Source: Octopus vulgaris
Taxonomy: Eukaryota
Reading direction: 5' to 3'
DNA length: 64,000 nt
NCBI GenBank assembly: GCA_951406725.2
Contig: OX597815.1
Span: 88,474,001 to 88,538,000, forward strand
In this document: positions 64,000 through 64,000 of the stretch, piece by piece
Numbering within the stretch: position 1 is the stretch's first letter
Layout: every line of letters starts with the position of its first letter
Notes under the pieces: generated by a model
Told to the model about the DNA's origin: nothing
What the model saw: only the letters and a program-made list of their open reading frames with translations
Databases searched by the model: none
Program-made: the position numbers and the translations under genes

Positions 64000-64000
64000 G

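Larger units (their letters stand above)
62122..64000 (-). mobile_element. Penelope-like retroelement, 3' part, well preserved (continues off the window)
   Basis: Uninterrupted RT C-terminus plus GIY-YIG frame, low-complexity 3' UTR, terminal region with a hammerhead motif, abutting (TA)n. Confidence 0.93.

Overview
This is AT-rich, microsatellite-dense, intron-containing eukaryotic DNA. Its SINE repertoire looks like octopus (coleoid cephalopod); that assignment is my recognition, not a search result. Only one convincing host coding exon is present (minus strand, 22708-23476, uncharacterised helical protein), with a probable next exon at 21895-22053. Almost everything else is transposon-derived: Tx1/L1-like LINEs and ORF1-only derivatives, Penelope-like elements (PLEs), a HERO-like RLE LINE relic, an RTE relic, mariner copies, pogo/hAT/Merlin-like MITEs and at least four tRNA-derived SINE families. 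Most ORFs in the supplied track are microsatellite or antisense artefacts. The best leads are: (1) a TSD-flanked palindromic insertion (56593-57603) combining a tRNA-type Pol III head with a hammerhead ribozyme of the same layout as the one in the Penelope element at the window end, suggesting a Penelope-mobilised, ribozyme-bearing SINE; (2) a 7.1 kb composite of three Tx1-like elements under one 17-bp TSD, two of which run from ORF1 straight into a 3' UTR; (3) a 3' tail shared by those LINEs, the ORF1-only elements and one SINE subfamily, i.e. a LINE / half-LINE / SINE mobilisation network with a SINE tail swap.
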